From a virus, in IMG/VR virus record IMGVR_UViG_3300037511_000322: DNA of 59,526 nucleotides; one strand, written 5' to 3'. Position 1 is the stretch's first letter. The number at the start of each line of letters is the position of its first letter. Under the pieces are notes generated by a model that searched no databases, had not been told where the DNA came from, and worked only from the letters and a program-made list of their open reading frames with translations. Shown here piece after piece: positions 42,648-51,777 of this stretch. The position numbers were made by a program, and so were the translations under genes.

Positions 42648-42941
42648 ATGAGCACAGTACCCCAGCCGGCAGGTCCCGGCGAGCCCTCGAGATGGCAGAC
42701 GGTAGTCAAGACTGCCCGAGTCTTCTGGAAGGACTTCCGGGAACGGGCCTGGTCTACCTTCTGGCAGGCATTCGTAGCCAGCCTTGCCGGTGCGCATGCA
42801 ACGACCAACTGGAGCGAGCTGGGAAAGATCCTAGTAGCTGGGGTGGTCGCAGGTATCGCAGCGATGCTGTCGATGGCCAAGTCAATCGTCGTTCGAAACC
42901 GGGGCGTGAAGAACTCTGCCTCAAGCAGCAAGAGCGTCTGA
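42648..42941 (+). CDS. holin candidate (r1t/LL-H-like by eye)
   Basis: 97 aa. RAWSTFWQAFVASLAG and LVAGVVAGIAAMLSMA are hydrophobic segments. Directly after the endolysin. Confidence 0.55.
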   Translation: MSTVPQPAGPGEPSRWQTVVKTARVFWKDFRERAWSTFWQAFVASLAGAHATTNWSELGKILVAGVVAGIAAMLSMAKSIVVRNRGVKNSASSSKSV

Positions 42942-42984
42942 CGTAGGCGGGGAGGTGGGCCCCGCTTACACTTAAGGAGGGATG

Positions 42985-44853
42985 ATGCCCACACCGCAGG
43001 GCCTCAACACCACTACGATCCACATGGAATTCGTGGAGCCCAATGCGACGGGGACCCCGCTTCAGGGCAGTCTGACCTTCACCCCGAACCCGTCGCCCAT
43101 TCTCTTCCCCAACGAGAACATCATCGTCGCCGGCACCGAGACCGCCACTCTGGATGTCAACGGTGAAGCTACCATCGAGCTGATCTCAACAGATCAGGCG
43201 GGCGAAAACCCCACAGGGTGGCTGTACACGGTCACCGAAAAGATCATAGGGCAGAGGCAGCGAACCTATAACATAGCCCTGCCTTACAATGCGGGTGTTA
43301 CGGTAGAACTTGCCGACATCACTCCGACTGAGGTCGCGCCTACATACATCCCGGTAGTGGGTCCCCAGGGCGCTCCCGGCGTGATCACCTCGGTGAACGG
43401 CTACAGCACCTCCTCCGTTACTTTGGCAGCTTCTGATGTAGGAGCCATAGCTACATCAGAAAAGGGTGCGGCTAACGGGGTTGCTACCCTCGATGCTACC
43501 ACCAAAGTGCCGGTCGCTCAGGTTCCTGACCTTAGCAGTACCTACGTCGCGGTAACTAGGATCGGTGCAGCTAGCGGAGTGGCTTCGCTGGATGGTTCAA
43601 CTAAGATCCCCTCGGCTCAACTCAGCCTAGCTTCTTCAGCTCCCCCCGCGGTGGGCACGGGCGCAGTAGGTACTTCTACCCTGTTGGCTCGTCAGGACCA
43701 CACCCACAGTGGGGTGGATCTCACAACAGGTCAATCCATCGCTGGGGTCAAGAATTTTACCTCTGGGCTTCAGACTGCCCAGCTTGGTGTGGGAGTTGCT
43801 CCTGGGGGTGAGACAGCTCACATCAAATCGACTGTGGATGAGATCATACTGTTCGTTGAACAGACTGCTTCTTCTCCTACCAATTCGATAGTACTTGTTC
43901 AGACCACTGGAGCCTCCAACGTAGCCTATGGGGCTTACGTAGCGGGTGATTCTGCTAACCGAATATCAGTATCTGCGGCTGGTACGGTAAGCTGGGGTCC
44001 GGGATCCGGGGCAGCTGATGTAACCCTGTCTAGGACAGCAGTTGGGGAACTGACGGTCGGTGGTCAGATCATCAGCAATCAGGCTGCCCCGACCGCATCG
44101 GGTCACCTGACCAGGAAAGACTACGTCGACAACAACTTCACCTCGCTGACTGGTACTCAGACGATCTCTGGGGTCAAGACTTTCTCGTCTGCCCCCATCG
44201 CCCAGGCTGCCTCAGCTGGTACTGTGGTATTCAATGCCCGAGTGACCGGAGATACTGTCAGTCGACTTACCATCGGTGCTGATGGAGCACTCTCATGGGG
44301 TCCGGGCGGTTCCACTGCTACTGACTTCGTACTGAGCCGGGCCAACACCATCGGCCTGAACTTCACGGGGACCTACCAGTCCACCCGATCGGCCACCTCA
44401 GGTGTGGGATTCGCCACGCTTGTCACCGGGGATACAGTCGATCGATACCGGATCTACGCAGATGGCCTGAACGAATGGGGACCCGGAGGTTCGACCGCCC
44501 GGGACACTAACCTCTATCGTTCCGCGGCCAATACTCTGAAGACCGATGATGCCTTGGTGGTAGTGGGCAACCTGACTGCTCCTAATGTGGCAACTGCTCG
44601 AGCCACTGGCAGTGAGACCTTTGTCTTCTCGGCATCGTCCTCGGTGGATGTCAATGTCACCTTCCCGGCGGGTAGATTCTCCTCCACACCTCGGGTAGTG
44701 GCGGTGCTGACTTCACTGCCGTCTAACTCCTCGGCTTTGATCATTCGAGCCTCGTCTATCACCAGCACTGGTATGACTCTTCGGTGTAACGACGTGGCTG
44801 GTACTGCTCGGACACTGACCATCACCGCAGACTGGTTCGCCGAACAAGGCTGA
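42985..44853 (+). CDS. tail fibre-like minor tail protein with internal repeats
   Basis: AAGGAGG RBS (an alternative ATG is at 42982). Short GPQGAPG collagen-like motif. Three copies of ...G(T/A)(V/L)SWGPG(S/G)...(L/V)(S/Y)R.... Confidence 0.65.
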   Translation: MPTPQGLNTTTIHMEFVEPNATGTPLQGSLTFTPNPSPILFPNENIIVAGTETATLDVNGEATIELISTDQAGENPTGWLYTVTEKIIGQRQRTYNIALPYNAGVTVELADITPTEVAPTYIPVVGPQGAPGVITSVNGYSTSSVTLAASDVGAIATSEKGAANGVATLDATTKVPVAQVPDLSSTYVAVTRIGAASGVASLDGSTKIPSAQLSLASSAPPAVGTGAVGTSTLLARQDHTHSGVDLTTGQSIAGVKNFTSGLQTAQLGVGVAPGGETAHIKSTVDEIILFVEQTASSPTNSIVLVQTTGASNVAYGAYVAGDSANRISVSAAGTVSWGPGSGAADVTLSRTAVGELTVGGQIISNQAAPTASGHLTRKDYVDNNFTSLTGTQTISGVKTFSSAPIAQAASAGTVVFNARVTGDTVSRLTIGADGALSWGPGGSTATDFVLSRANTIGLNFTGTYQSTRSATSGVGFATLVTGDTVDRYRIYADGLNEWGPGGSTARDTNLYRSAANTLKTDDALVVVGNLTAPNVATARATGSETFVFSASSSVDVNVTFPAGRFSSTPRVVAVLTSLPSNSSALIIRASSITSTGMTLRCNDVAGTARTLTITADWFAEQG

Positions 44854-44864
44854 CCCACAGAGCT

Positions 44865-44908
44865 GATATCCCCCTTCCGGTTCCATGGCCCTGCCGGGAG
44901 GGGGTATC
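44865..44908 (+). terminator. intrinsic terminator after the fibre gene
   Basis: GATATCCCCCTTCCGG-N13-CCGGGAGGGGGTATC (one bulge, one mismatch), followed by TTTGTGTTTG. Confidence 0.7.
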
Positions 44909-45081
44909 TTTGTGTTTGCCCTCGATTGAGCGATGCGCGATGGGCGCGATGATGCACCATTGGAAGGCGCTAGGGAATTTCCTCGAGGGGCGGGCAATGG
45001 GGGCGCGATGAATGAGGCGCGCATCGAATCTTTGACGAGGGGAAGTCATACGGACAGATATGATAGCCCACACACCAAAGA

Positions 45082-45099
45082 GCCCCGCCGAAGCGGGGC
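45082..45099 (-). terminator. GCCCCGC-cgaa-GCGGGGC hairpin (copy 2 of 3)
   Basis: Downstream of 45118..45276 on the minus strand. Confidence 0.55.
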
Positions 45100-45117
45100 C
45101 AGTGGCGACCGAGTGGG

Positions 45118-45276
45118 TCAGTAGGTCAGGCTGCCGTTGCCGATGCCCTCCTGGATCTGCAGCCAGCCCTTGGGGTCGTCCTTCATCTCCCTCAGCTCGG
45201 CCATCGTGAGCGGCTTGCCGCCGTTGGCGGAGAAGAAGTTCCGGACCTCGGTCAGCGTGGCCTTCTTGGCTTCCAT
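45118..45276 (-). CDS. small protein (52 aa) ending in GSLTY
   Basis: Start at MEAKKATLTEV, 7 nt after GAGGAG. Confidence 0.55.
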   Translation of the reverse strand: MEAKKATLTEVRNFFSANGGKPLTMAELREMKDDPKGWLQIQEGIGNGSLTY

Positions 45277-45323
45277 AGTATAACTCCTCGGTCGGTGCAG
45301 CCCCGATCGGGCGGCATGGCAAT

Positions 45324-45352
45324 AAGCTATCATCCCCCCTCACGGGAGTCAA
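45324..45352 (-). promoter_or_regulatory. sigma70-type promoter for 45118..45276
   Basis: Minus strand reads tgccTTGACT-N17-TAGCTT. Confidence 0.5.
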
Positions 45353-45410
45353 GGCATTACAGGCATTTGCAACTTGACACGACGATGGCCCCATAAGGGG
45401 GCCAGGCCGG

Positions 45411-45875
45411 TTAGATGTCCCCCTCAGTTGTGATGAACTCGTCATCGAGATGACGGATCATGTCCTCGCGGTCGACGTCGTCGAGCTCGGTGTTCCCCTT
45501 CATGTGCTCGATCAGCTCCTCGGCGTTGTCGGGCTCGAGGGACAGCTTCGCGAGATCCCACCCCATTTTGTCCTCGGCGTAGCTCAGGATGCGCTTCTTA
45601 ATGATCTCCCAGGAGGGCGACCAGTTACCGCGTTCGAAACCGAGGGTCCGGGGGTCGACGATCCAGTAACCCTCGCAGCCCACCACGCAGTAATACAACT
45701 TGGTGTCCCCGATTTTCTGCTTGATGACGATGTGGGTGTCCCTAGTCGCGTCGTCCCAGTTCGCAATCTCCTGGTCGCACTCCGGGCACTTCATCAGGGC
45801 CTCGACGTACTCCCCCTTCTTGACCTTCCTCATGATGGCGTAGAGATAGGCGGCGAGCCTCGGCGTCATCATCAT
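45411..45875 (-). CDS. hypothetical protein (154 aa)
   Basis: Start at MMMTPRL, 9 nt after GAAGGG. Contains a CPEC motif. Confidence 0.6.
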   Translation of the reverse strand: MMMTPRLAAYLYAIMRKVKKGEYVEALMKCPECDQEIANWDDATRDTHIVIKQKIGDTKLYYCVVGCEGYWIVDPRTLGFERGNWSPSWEIIKKRILSYAEDKMGWDLAKLSLEPDNAEELIEHMKGNTELDDVDREDMIRHLDDEFITTEGDI

Positions 45876-45906
45876 GGTGTGGAACCCTTCGTTAGTTGGT
45901 AAGCCC

Positions 45907-45935
45907 AGTATATCAACTTGTGCCACGGGGGTCAA
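45907..45935 (-). promoter_or_regulatory. sigma70-type promoter for 45411..45875
   Basis: Minus strand reads tgccTTGACC-N17-TATACT. Confidence 0.6.
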
Positions 45936-45949
45936 GGCAACACAACTCA

Positions 45950-45967
45950 GCCCCGCCGAAGCGGGGC
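45950..45967 (-). terminator. GCCCCGC-cgaa-GCGGGGC hairpin (copy 3 of 3)
   Basis: Downstream of 45975..46082 on the minus strand. Confidence 0.55.
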
Positions 45968-45974
45968 CGAGAGC

Positions 45975-46082
45975 TTACTTCTTTGGGGGCTTGGGAGGTG
46001 CCGGCGGAATCGGGCCCTGCTTGCCGGGACCCTGACCGGGGGGCTTGCCGGGGTTCGGCGGCTGCTTGGGCTTGTTACCCAT
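45975..46082 (-). CDS. possible 35-aa Pro/Lys/Gly-rich peptide
   Basis: MGNKPKQPPNPGKPPGQGPGKQGPIPPAPPKPPKK, after a GGAAGGA RBS. Confidence 0.35.
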   Translation of the reverse strand: MGNKPKQPPNPGKPPGQGPGKQGPIPPAPPKPPKK

Positions 46083-46214
46083 CTCTAGGTATCCTTCCGG
46101 TAGTTGTCTGCCGCATAGGGCATGGGTTCGATACCGCTGGGCTAGCGGATAGCCGGGGCGTCGTCCTGCCCGCCCCACAGGGTGCCCATCGCGGTAGTAG
46201 TAATCCACGTGATG

Positions 46215-46243
46215 AGTATATCATACCTCGTGAGTGGGGGCAA
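46215..46243 (-). promoter_or_regulatory. possible promoter
   Basis: Minus strand reads TTGCCC-N17-TATACT. Confidence 0.45.
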
Positions 46244-46338
46244 TGAATAGCCAGGGCTTTACTGGTTACACACCACTAGAGCCCGAGCGCAGAACTGGGC
46301 TTTCTGCAACTCGAGCTCTAGTGGGGATATCGGCCGGC

Positions 46339-46977
46339 TCAGTCCTCGTCGTCGAGGTCCAGCTCGTCGTCGTCCTCCACGACCTCCGGCTCGGGCTTGG
46401 CGGCGCGGCGGGTGCGGGTGGTGGTCTTCCGAGCGGTACGACGGGCGGTCGGCTTCGGGGCGGGCTCCTCGGCCTCCGAGTCATCCTCCTCGGCCACCTC
46501 CTCGGCCGCCTTCTTCTTCGCCGCGTTCTTGGCCGCCTTCTGCTGCTTGAGGGCCTCCAGCTTGGCCTTCTTCTCCTCCTCGAGCTCGCCGGCCTTGAAG
46601 GCGTTCACGATGGCGACGACCTCGGGGTCGTTCGGGCCCGACCAGTCGTAGCGGCTGCGGTTGCCGGCCTTGATCTCGCGGTCGACTCGGGGGTTCTCCT
46701 CGCGGGCCATCTTGCGGATCAGCGTACGGAGGGCGCGGGGGTCGACGTCGTTCCCGGTCTCCTCCTTGATGTGCGCGCAGAGATCCCGGATGCCGAAGGT
46801 GACGTCCTGCTTGGCGGCGGAGGTCTTCGAGGGCTTCGAGTCGGCGACCTCGTCCTCCTCCATCTCCTCCAGCTCGTCTTCGTCGGTCTCCTCCAGTTCC
46901 TCGACCTCCGGCTCCTCGACGGGGGCGGGCTTCGCGGCCTTCGTGGTGCGTCGGCGGGCGGTGGTGGCGGCAGCCAT
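46339..46977 (-). CDS. hypothetical protein, member 3 of the LR..(I/F)RK..G...RY family, with strongly acidic and basic flanks
   Basis: PRALRTLIRKMAREENPRVDREIKAGNRSRYDW. The core is flanked by Glu/Asp-rich and Lys/Ala/Arg-rich low-complexity arms. Confidence 0.65.
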   Translation of the reverse strand: MAAATTARRRTTKAAKPAPVEEPEVEELEETDEDELEEMEEDEVADSKPSKTSAAKQDVTFGIRDLCAHIKEETGNDVDPRALRTLIRKMAREENPRVDREIKAGNRSRYDWSGPNDPEVVAIVNAFKAGELEEEKKAKLEALKQQKAAKNAAKKKAAEEVAEEDDSEAEEPAPKPTARRTARKTTTRTRRAAKPEPEVVEDDDELDLDDED

Positions 46978-47034
46978 GTCGTACTCCCTAACTCGGTATC
47001 ATGATCAGGTGCCCCTCGGTGAGGCGATAGGCAG

Positions 47035-47063
47035 AATATATCTTTCCCCGGCAGCATCGTCAA
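47035..47063 (-). promoter_or_regulatory. sigma70-type promoter for 46339..46977
   Basis: Minus strand reads tgccTTGACG-N17-TATATT. Confidence 0.55.
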
Positions 47064-47151
47064 GGCAGCCAGGCGGTTACGAGAATCCTTGATCCTCAAA
47101 TGCGCAGCATATAGTATTGCCCCATCACCGCCCCACTGACCGAGGAAGAGC

Positions 47152-47451
47152 ATGGTAAAAGAGTTCTGGGTTGACTACGACGACGCTGCGTTTCCCGTGA
47201 TCCGTCATCGGTCACATCCCAATTTCAGCCCCGAGTACACCGATCTCATTACTCTGACTGCTGCGAGGGCGGAAATCAAGGAAAGGTGTAGGCAGGAGCG
47301 CCAGCACTGGCTCTCGGTCATGCATCACCAGACTGACATCAGCGGGGAAAAGATCATCCAGGAAGCTAAGGATGCGGCGAAGCGCCAGCCTTCACTGAAG
47401 AATCTCCTGGACGATGAGATGGAATACTTGGAGAGGAACTCAGATGCCTAG
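47152..47451 (+). CDS. hypothetical protein (99 aa)
   Basis: gaccgaggaagagc RBS context. Confidence 0.55.
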   Translation: MVKEFWVDYDDAAFPVIRHRSHPNFSPEYTDLITLTAARAEIKERCRQERQHWLSVMHHQTDISGEKIIQEAKDAAKRQPSLKNLLDDEMEYLERNSDA

Positions 47452-47812
47452 GTATCTGCTGGTCGAGGTCGACAGCAACGACAGCGCAGACCGTATGCGT
47501 GCGCAGATCAATGCTGCCGAAGAAGCCGGGAAAGGCATGCGCGTTGTCGCCATGTTCTCAAAGACGGCGAAGCTCTGCGACTGCACGGTTCGACAGGAGA
47601 AGTCGATCAGGGGCTCCAAGCTGGGGTGGTGGCTCTGCCCAGCCTGCCACAAGCCGAAGCCCGGGTCACCACAGACTTTGTCCAATATGCTAGATGATGA
47701 GGGCTGCCCCGCAAAGTACCGCGAGATTTTCCTCTCGGTTCGTTGGGTGTGGGACGAGGCTAAGCGCAGGGTGAAGACGGTTAGGTCGGTACCGGAGAAT
47801 GACTGGCGGTAG
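47444..47812 (+). CDS. hypothetical Cys-containing protein (122 aa)
   Basis: Start at MPRYLLVEV, after GGAGAGGA. C.C...CPAC. Confidence 0.55.
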   Translation: MPRYLLVEVDSNDSADRMRAQINAAEEAGKGMRVVAMFSKTAKLCDCTVRQEKSIRGSKLGWWLCPACHKPKPGSPQTLSNMLDDEGCPAKYREIFLSVRWVWDEAKRRVKTVRSVPENDWR

Positions 47813-47841
47813 ACTCATTCTCTCCGTGAGGGCCTGGTCCA

Positions 47842-47870
47842 TTGATTGGGTCCTCTCGGCATGATAGGGT
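47842..47870 (+). promoter_or_regulatory. sigma70-type promoter, near-leaderless
   Basis: TTGATT-N17-TAGGGT-N5-ATG(47876). Confidence 0.5.
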
Positions 47871-47875
47871 CAGCT

Positions 47876-49456
47876 ATGGAAACGGAATTCTTCGTCCCCG
47901 ACGCAGTCAAACATGGCTATGGGGGGATACATCGGGTTCGACGGACCTGGTATGGACGAAGGAAGGGCATGGCAACTAAGTACAAGTGGAAGACTCGACC
48001 TTACCACCATCAGGTGAAGGCGGTCAAGAAGCTGCTGAGCACGGGCTTCGGTGGAGCACTCCTGATGGCTCCTAGGACAGGCAAGACCAAGACGCTGATC
48101 GATTACGCATCGTGTCTCTACCTTGCCGGCAAAGTCCAGCGGGTACTGATCTTCTGCCCGCTCTCAGTCATCGGGGTGTGGGAACGAGAAATCGCCGCGC
48201 ACTGCCCCTTCGACTATCGAGTCACGGTCTGGGACAAGACTGCCCGCAAGAAGGGTATCCAGCTGCCGAGGATCGGTCGAGATATCCTCGACTTCGTGAT
48301 CATCAACTACGACGCGCTCTCCACACCTGGTGCTGTCGTGCGTGAGGATGACTACGGCAACAAGATCCGTTCTCGACGCCGTGGTGGTCGCTACGACATT
48401 CTAAAAGCGTTCGAGCGGTGGCAGCCGCATCTGATCGCCCTGGACGAGTCTCACCGCATCAAGTCGCCGACCGCGGTCAAGTCTCGGATGATGCATAAGT
48501 TGGGCAAGGTCGCGGACTACAGGGTCATCATGACCGGTACCGTTGTGACGAAGAAGAAGCGCATCTTCGACATCTGGTCACAGTGGCGGTTCTTGTACCC
48601 GGACCGATTCCCCATGACCTTCTCCGAGTTCAAAGCTACCTACGGCATCTGGCGTGATATGGGTGGCTGGTCCAAATGGATCCGCAATCAGAACGAGGAT
48701 GACCTCCATGCGTTGATTCACAACGATGCCTTCGCTATCCAGCGAGAGGATTGCTTCGATCTACCGCCTCGGCGCAACCAGATCATCCCCATCGAGCTGG
48801 ACGAGTCGGCTCCGTACTACGACCAGATGGCCAAGGAGATGGTAGCCAAGATCCACACGGGTGAGCTGACGGTCGCCTCGATCTCGCTGGTTCAGACGCT
48901 ACGCCTCCGACAGATCACATCTGGCCTCGCCAAGACGGAACCTTCGCCTGAGTTTCCCGAGGGTCGCCTTGTTCGTGTGGGTGGCGAGAAATACAACGTT
49001 ATGTTCGAGCTGCTGGCTGACCTATTCGAAGCGGGCGAGAAAGTCGTGGTGGGGGCTTTGTTCAAGGGTGATCTTGCCGCGGTCGAGCAGATGTGTACTA
49101 AGATGAAGGTTGACTGCTTCGTTATCAAGGGCGGCGTCAAGCGCCGAGATCGTGACACGGCAATCGACAGGTTTCGTAGGCACGAGGGCCCCGCATGCTT
49201 CGTTGCACAGCCTGCTGCGGCTGCGGAGGGTATCGATTTGTCAACCGCGTCAATCTGCATTTGGTACAGCCTGACGCCGAGCTATGTTCAGTACCAGCAA
49301 TTTGAGGATCGCATCGCTCTGTCCAAAATCGGTACGACGTACATGTACTTGATTGCCAAGGATACCGTCGATGAACTGCTCTACGAGACCCTACAGGAAG
49401 ACGGGGACGTCGCCAGGGCTATCATGCGTGCACCGGAACGTCTGTTGCGAGAATGA
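47876..49456 (+). CDS. SNF2-family (DEAD/H-like) helicase
   Basis: LLMAPRTGKTKT (motif I), LIALDESHRIKSP (DExH), and C-terminal helicase motifs (FVAQPAAAAEGIDLS). Confidence 0.85.
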   Translation: METEFFVPDAVKHGYGGIHRVRRTWYGRRKGMATKYKWKTRPYHHQVKAVKKLLSTGFGGALLMAPRTGKTKTLIDYASCLYLAGKVQRVLIFCPLSVIGVWEREIAAHCPFDYRVTVWDKTARKKGIQLPRIGRDILDFVIINYDALSTPGAVVREDDYGNKIRSRRRGGRYDILKAFERWQPHLIALDESHRIKSPTAVKSRMMHKLGKVADYRVIMTGTVVTKKKRIFDIWSQWRFLYPDRFPMTFSEFKATYGIWRDMGGWSKWIRNQNEDDLHALIHNDAFAIQREDCFDLPPRRNQIIPIELDESAPYYDQMAKEMVAKIHTGELTVASISLVQTLRLRQITSGLAKTEPSPEFPEGRLVRVGGEKYNVMFELLADLFEAGEKVVVGALFKGDLAAVEQMCTKMKVDCFVIKGGVKRRDRDTAIDRFRRHEGPACFVAQPAAAAEGIDLSTASICIWYSLTPSYVQYQQFEDRIALSKIGTTYMYLIAKDTVDELLYETLQEDGDVARAIMRAPERLLRE

Positions 49457-49472
49457 CGCCTTGACTTGGTCA

Positions 49473-49500
49473 TTGACGGCTAGAGCTGCGGCGGTATACG
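49473..49500 (+). promoter_or_regulatory. possible promoter for the nucleotide-metabolism operon
   Basis: TTGACG-N16-TATACG. A second TTGACT is at 49461. Confidence 0.35.
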
Positions 49501-49540
49501 ATCTTACATAACCGCCCCGACCGAGGAGGAATACAACGCT

Positions 49541-50170
49541 GTGATCATCATTGAGGGTCCCGATGGGAGTGGAAAATCCACTCTCGTGAACAAGCTGGCC
49601 CAGGAGCTCAGACTCCCAGTCGCCGACAAGGTTGTTGCCTCGGATACCACCGCCATGACTGACTTGGTGAAGTGGACTGAAGACAACGTCGCACGAGGGT
49701 TCCAGCCGACCATCTTCGACCGTCACCGGCTGATCTCGGAACCTATCTACGGCCCGATCCTGAAGCCTCGACAGGATCCCAGCTTCTGCGACCTGAGTTG
49801 GCTGTCCCAGCAGCTCTGGCTGTTCTACGGCTGCAAGCCGGTGATCATCTACTGCCTGCCTGACATCCGGACGGTACGTGCGAACGTGGCCCGAGAAGAC
49901 ACAGACAACTCGGTAGTCGCCAGCCGCATCGCTGCGATCTACGCCGCCTATGTCAACCGTGCCACCCTCGACTTCACTCGAGGTGTGGGGCGACTGTACA
50001 ACTACGAAACTACTCGGTTCGACGACATTGTCGGCTGGGTCAACTTCAAGCTCGACGGAAGGATTTCCACCGATGACCGAGTCCGCCTCCCGTTCCCTCG
50101 CACCGAAGGCATTCATTCCGGGACAGACGACGGAGGACGCCGCCCGGCAGCGCGCCGGTCTCTCCGCTGA
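49541..50170 (+). CDS. thymidylate-kinase-like dNMP kinase
   Basis: GTG start. IIIEGPDGSGKST P-loop and FDRHRLISEPIYG (DR(Y/H)..S motif). The 3' end overlaps the next gene by about 100 nt. Confidence 0.7.
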   Translation: MIIIEGPDGSGKSTLVNKLAQELRLPVADKVVASDTTAMTDLVKWTEDNVARGFQPTIFDRHRLISEPIYGPILKPRQDPSFCDLSWLSQQLWLFYGCKPVIIYCLPDIRTVRANVAREDTDNSVVASRIAAIYAAYVNRATLDFTRGVGRLYNYETTRFDDIVGWVNFKLDGRISTDDRVRLPFPRTEGIHSGTDDGGRRPAARRSLR

Positions 50171-50564
50171 GAAGCAGCCGGTGGTCAATGCTCTCCAGAT
50201 GATCTTCGAGGGCCAGCGACACCTCATGGCGAAGTACCACGACCGAGAGGCGGCGAACGGTTCGCCGGTGGTGGACGAGTCTCTGGAGGGTAATCTCGAC
50301 AGCCGCCAGGTTCAGGCTCGTATCCACGAGCTGTACGGCTACCTGACCCGCGAGCTGGCCGAGGCACTCCAGGAGCTCAAGGGCAAGCCCTGGAAGCTGA
50401 ACTTCGACCCGACCGACCGGGACGCCTTCGTCAATGAGATCGGCGATGCTTTCCACTTCTTCGTGGAGCTCTGCATCACGGCCGGCATGACCGCGGAGGA
50501 TCTGCACCGGGCCTATTTCCGCATGCACCAGAAGAACAACACCCGTCTCGCCGGCACCTACTGA
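50073..50564 (+). CDS. all-alpha NTP pyrophosphohydrolase (dimeric d(C/U)TPase / MazG-like)
   Basis: Start at MTESAS, after GGAAGGA. LTRELAEALQELKGKPWK and EIGDAFHFFVEL match the EXXE / EXXD helices of this superfamily. Confidence 0.6.
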   Translation: MTESASRSLAPKAFIPGQTTEDAARQRAGLSAEKQPVVNALQMIFEGQRHLMAKYHDREAANGSPVVDESLEGNLDSRQVQARIHELYGYLTRELAEALQELKGKPWKLNFDPTDRDAFVNEIGDAFHFFVELCITAGMTAEDLHRAYFRMHQKNNTRLAGTY

Positions 50565-50590
50565 CCAGCTCTACACCCAAGGGGGAAACA

Positions 50591-50743
50591 GTGTCGCGCC
50601 GAATCAGCTCCATACGGATGCAGCAAATCCGGGAGACTGCGCACACTGTCGGAGCGATTGCCGCCGCTACCTTTCTGTCTTTCATGGCAGTGGGGGCGGC
50701 GGCCTTCGCCGTTCTGATGGTTCACCTCAACGAGAAGATCTGA
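50591..50743 (+). CDS. 50-aa single-TM peptide (not in the ORF track)
   Basis: GTG start after AAGGGGGAAACA. VGAIAAATFLSFMAVGAAAFAVLMV. TGATG coupling to the next gene. Confidence 0.4.
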   Translation: MSRRISSIRMQQIRETAHTVGAIAAATFLSFMAVGAAAFAVLMVHLNEKI

Positions 50744-51777
50744 TGAGAAGTTACCGAGCAAGTACCATGACCGCCCTCCACGAGCAGATGATCAACTCGC
50801 TGGTCTGGGCGAAGGCCTCAGAGCTCGACGTCATTTCCAATGTCGATGTCCAGATCCACAATGTAATGGGCTACGCCGAGTCCATGGATTGGGAGATGGA
50901 CCTCAAGACCTTCTGGCTGACCAAGTCGAGATGGTCCATGATGGTCCGGCAATACCTGGACCCCGAACAGCTGCAAGCGTGGATCGAGCAATGCACGACG
51001 AAGATCGGGACCAAGGGCCGCGGGATCGCTGTTCTGCGCACTAACATCGTCAAGCCGAGAGGTGGGGCCGCGACGGGCCACAGCAACAAGGAGACTCGAC
51101 GCTGGGGCTCTTGCATGCTGACGCTGAGCTACAAGGCGAAACCGAAGCCACAGATCACTCTGCACTCGCGGACGTCCTACCTGGGCTACATTGGCGCTCT
51201 CGACCTGAGCGTGGCATGGATGGCCGGCAAGTACTTGGCCCGTGAGATGGGTATCAGGGTCGAAGACATTTCATTCCTCTGGTACAACGAGGCCATCCAG
51301 TGGCACAACTTCAAGTCGATGGCTTGGTTGCTGTGCAATCCCGACGATGAGCAGCGGCGAGTCTACCGTAAACTTCTCACCGCGGGACCCAGTAGGCTCG
51401 ATCCCGAGGACATGGATCTACTCAACACAGCCCCGGCACTCAGCATGACCAGGGACTGGTTGAAGAAGGTTCGCATCGAGGATCGCGACGGCAAGACTCT
51501 CGGCGACATGACCTACAACACCTACCGACGAATTCGTCGGCGGTGGCACACCGAGGTCCTGGGGTACGAGAAGGCCAAGACCTTCGAGGGCTGGTCCTAC
51601 TACAAGCAGGGGCCTCAGAAGGGGGAACAGAAGGAGTACTTCAAGGCATATCAGCCGCTGCCCTCAGTCATGATCAGTGACTGTGATTTCTCCCCGATCA
51701 AGATGCCCCTGGGGATCAAGTACGGGGGCGACTTCGTACCCGGCGCAGATGAGGACGATGATGACGACGACGAGTGA
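50743..51777 (+). CDS. hypothetical protein, possibly a divergent thymidylate-synthase-fold enzyme
   Basis: 344 aa. GRGIAVLRTN...RRWGSCMLTLSY...ITLHSRTSYLGY can be threaded by eye onto ThyA SRRIIVSAWN...PCH.FFQFY...LYQRSCDVFLG. Poly-Asp tail. The fold assignment is unverified. Confidence 0.4.
   Translation: MRSYRASTMTALHEQMINSLVWAKASELDVISNVDVQIHNVMGYAESMDWEMDLKTFWLTKSRWSMMVRQYLDPEQLQAWIEQCTTKIGTKGRGIAVLRTNIVKPRGGAATGHSNKETRRWGSCMLTLSYKAKPKPQITLHSRTSYLGYIGALDLSVAWMAGKYLAREMGIRVEDISFLWYNEAIQWHNFKSMAWLLCNPDDEQRRVYRKLLTAGPSRLDPEDMDLLNTAPALSMTRDWLKKVRIEDRDGKTLGDMTYNTYRRIRRRWHTEVLGYEKAKTFEGWSYYKQGPQKGEQKEYFKAYQPLPSVMISDCDFSPIKMPLGIKYGGDFVPGADEDDDDDDE

Noticed and set aside
44933-45124. 63-aa plus-strand ORF in the convergent intergenic region
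   Set aside because: It lies downstream of a strong terminator, has no promoter or RBS, and is built from GCGCGATG-type repeats.
46115-46145. GGGTTCGATACC, which resembles a tRNA T-arm
   Set aside because: The flanking bases do not form a T-stem, and I could not build an acceptor, D or anticodon arm. It lies in the leader of a minus-strand peptide. I found no other tRNA-like sequence by eye.
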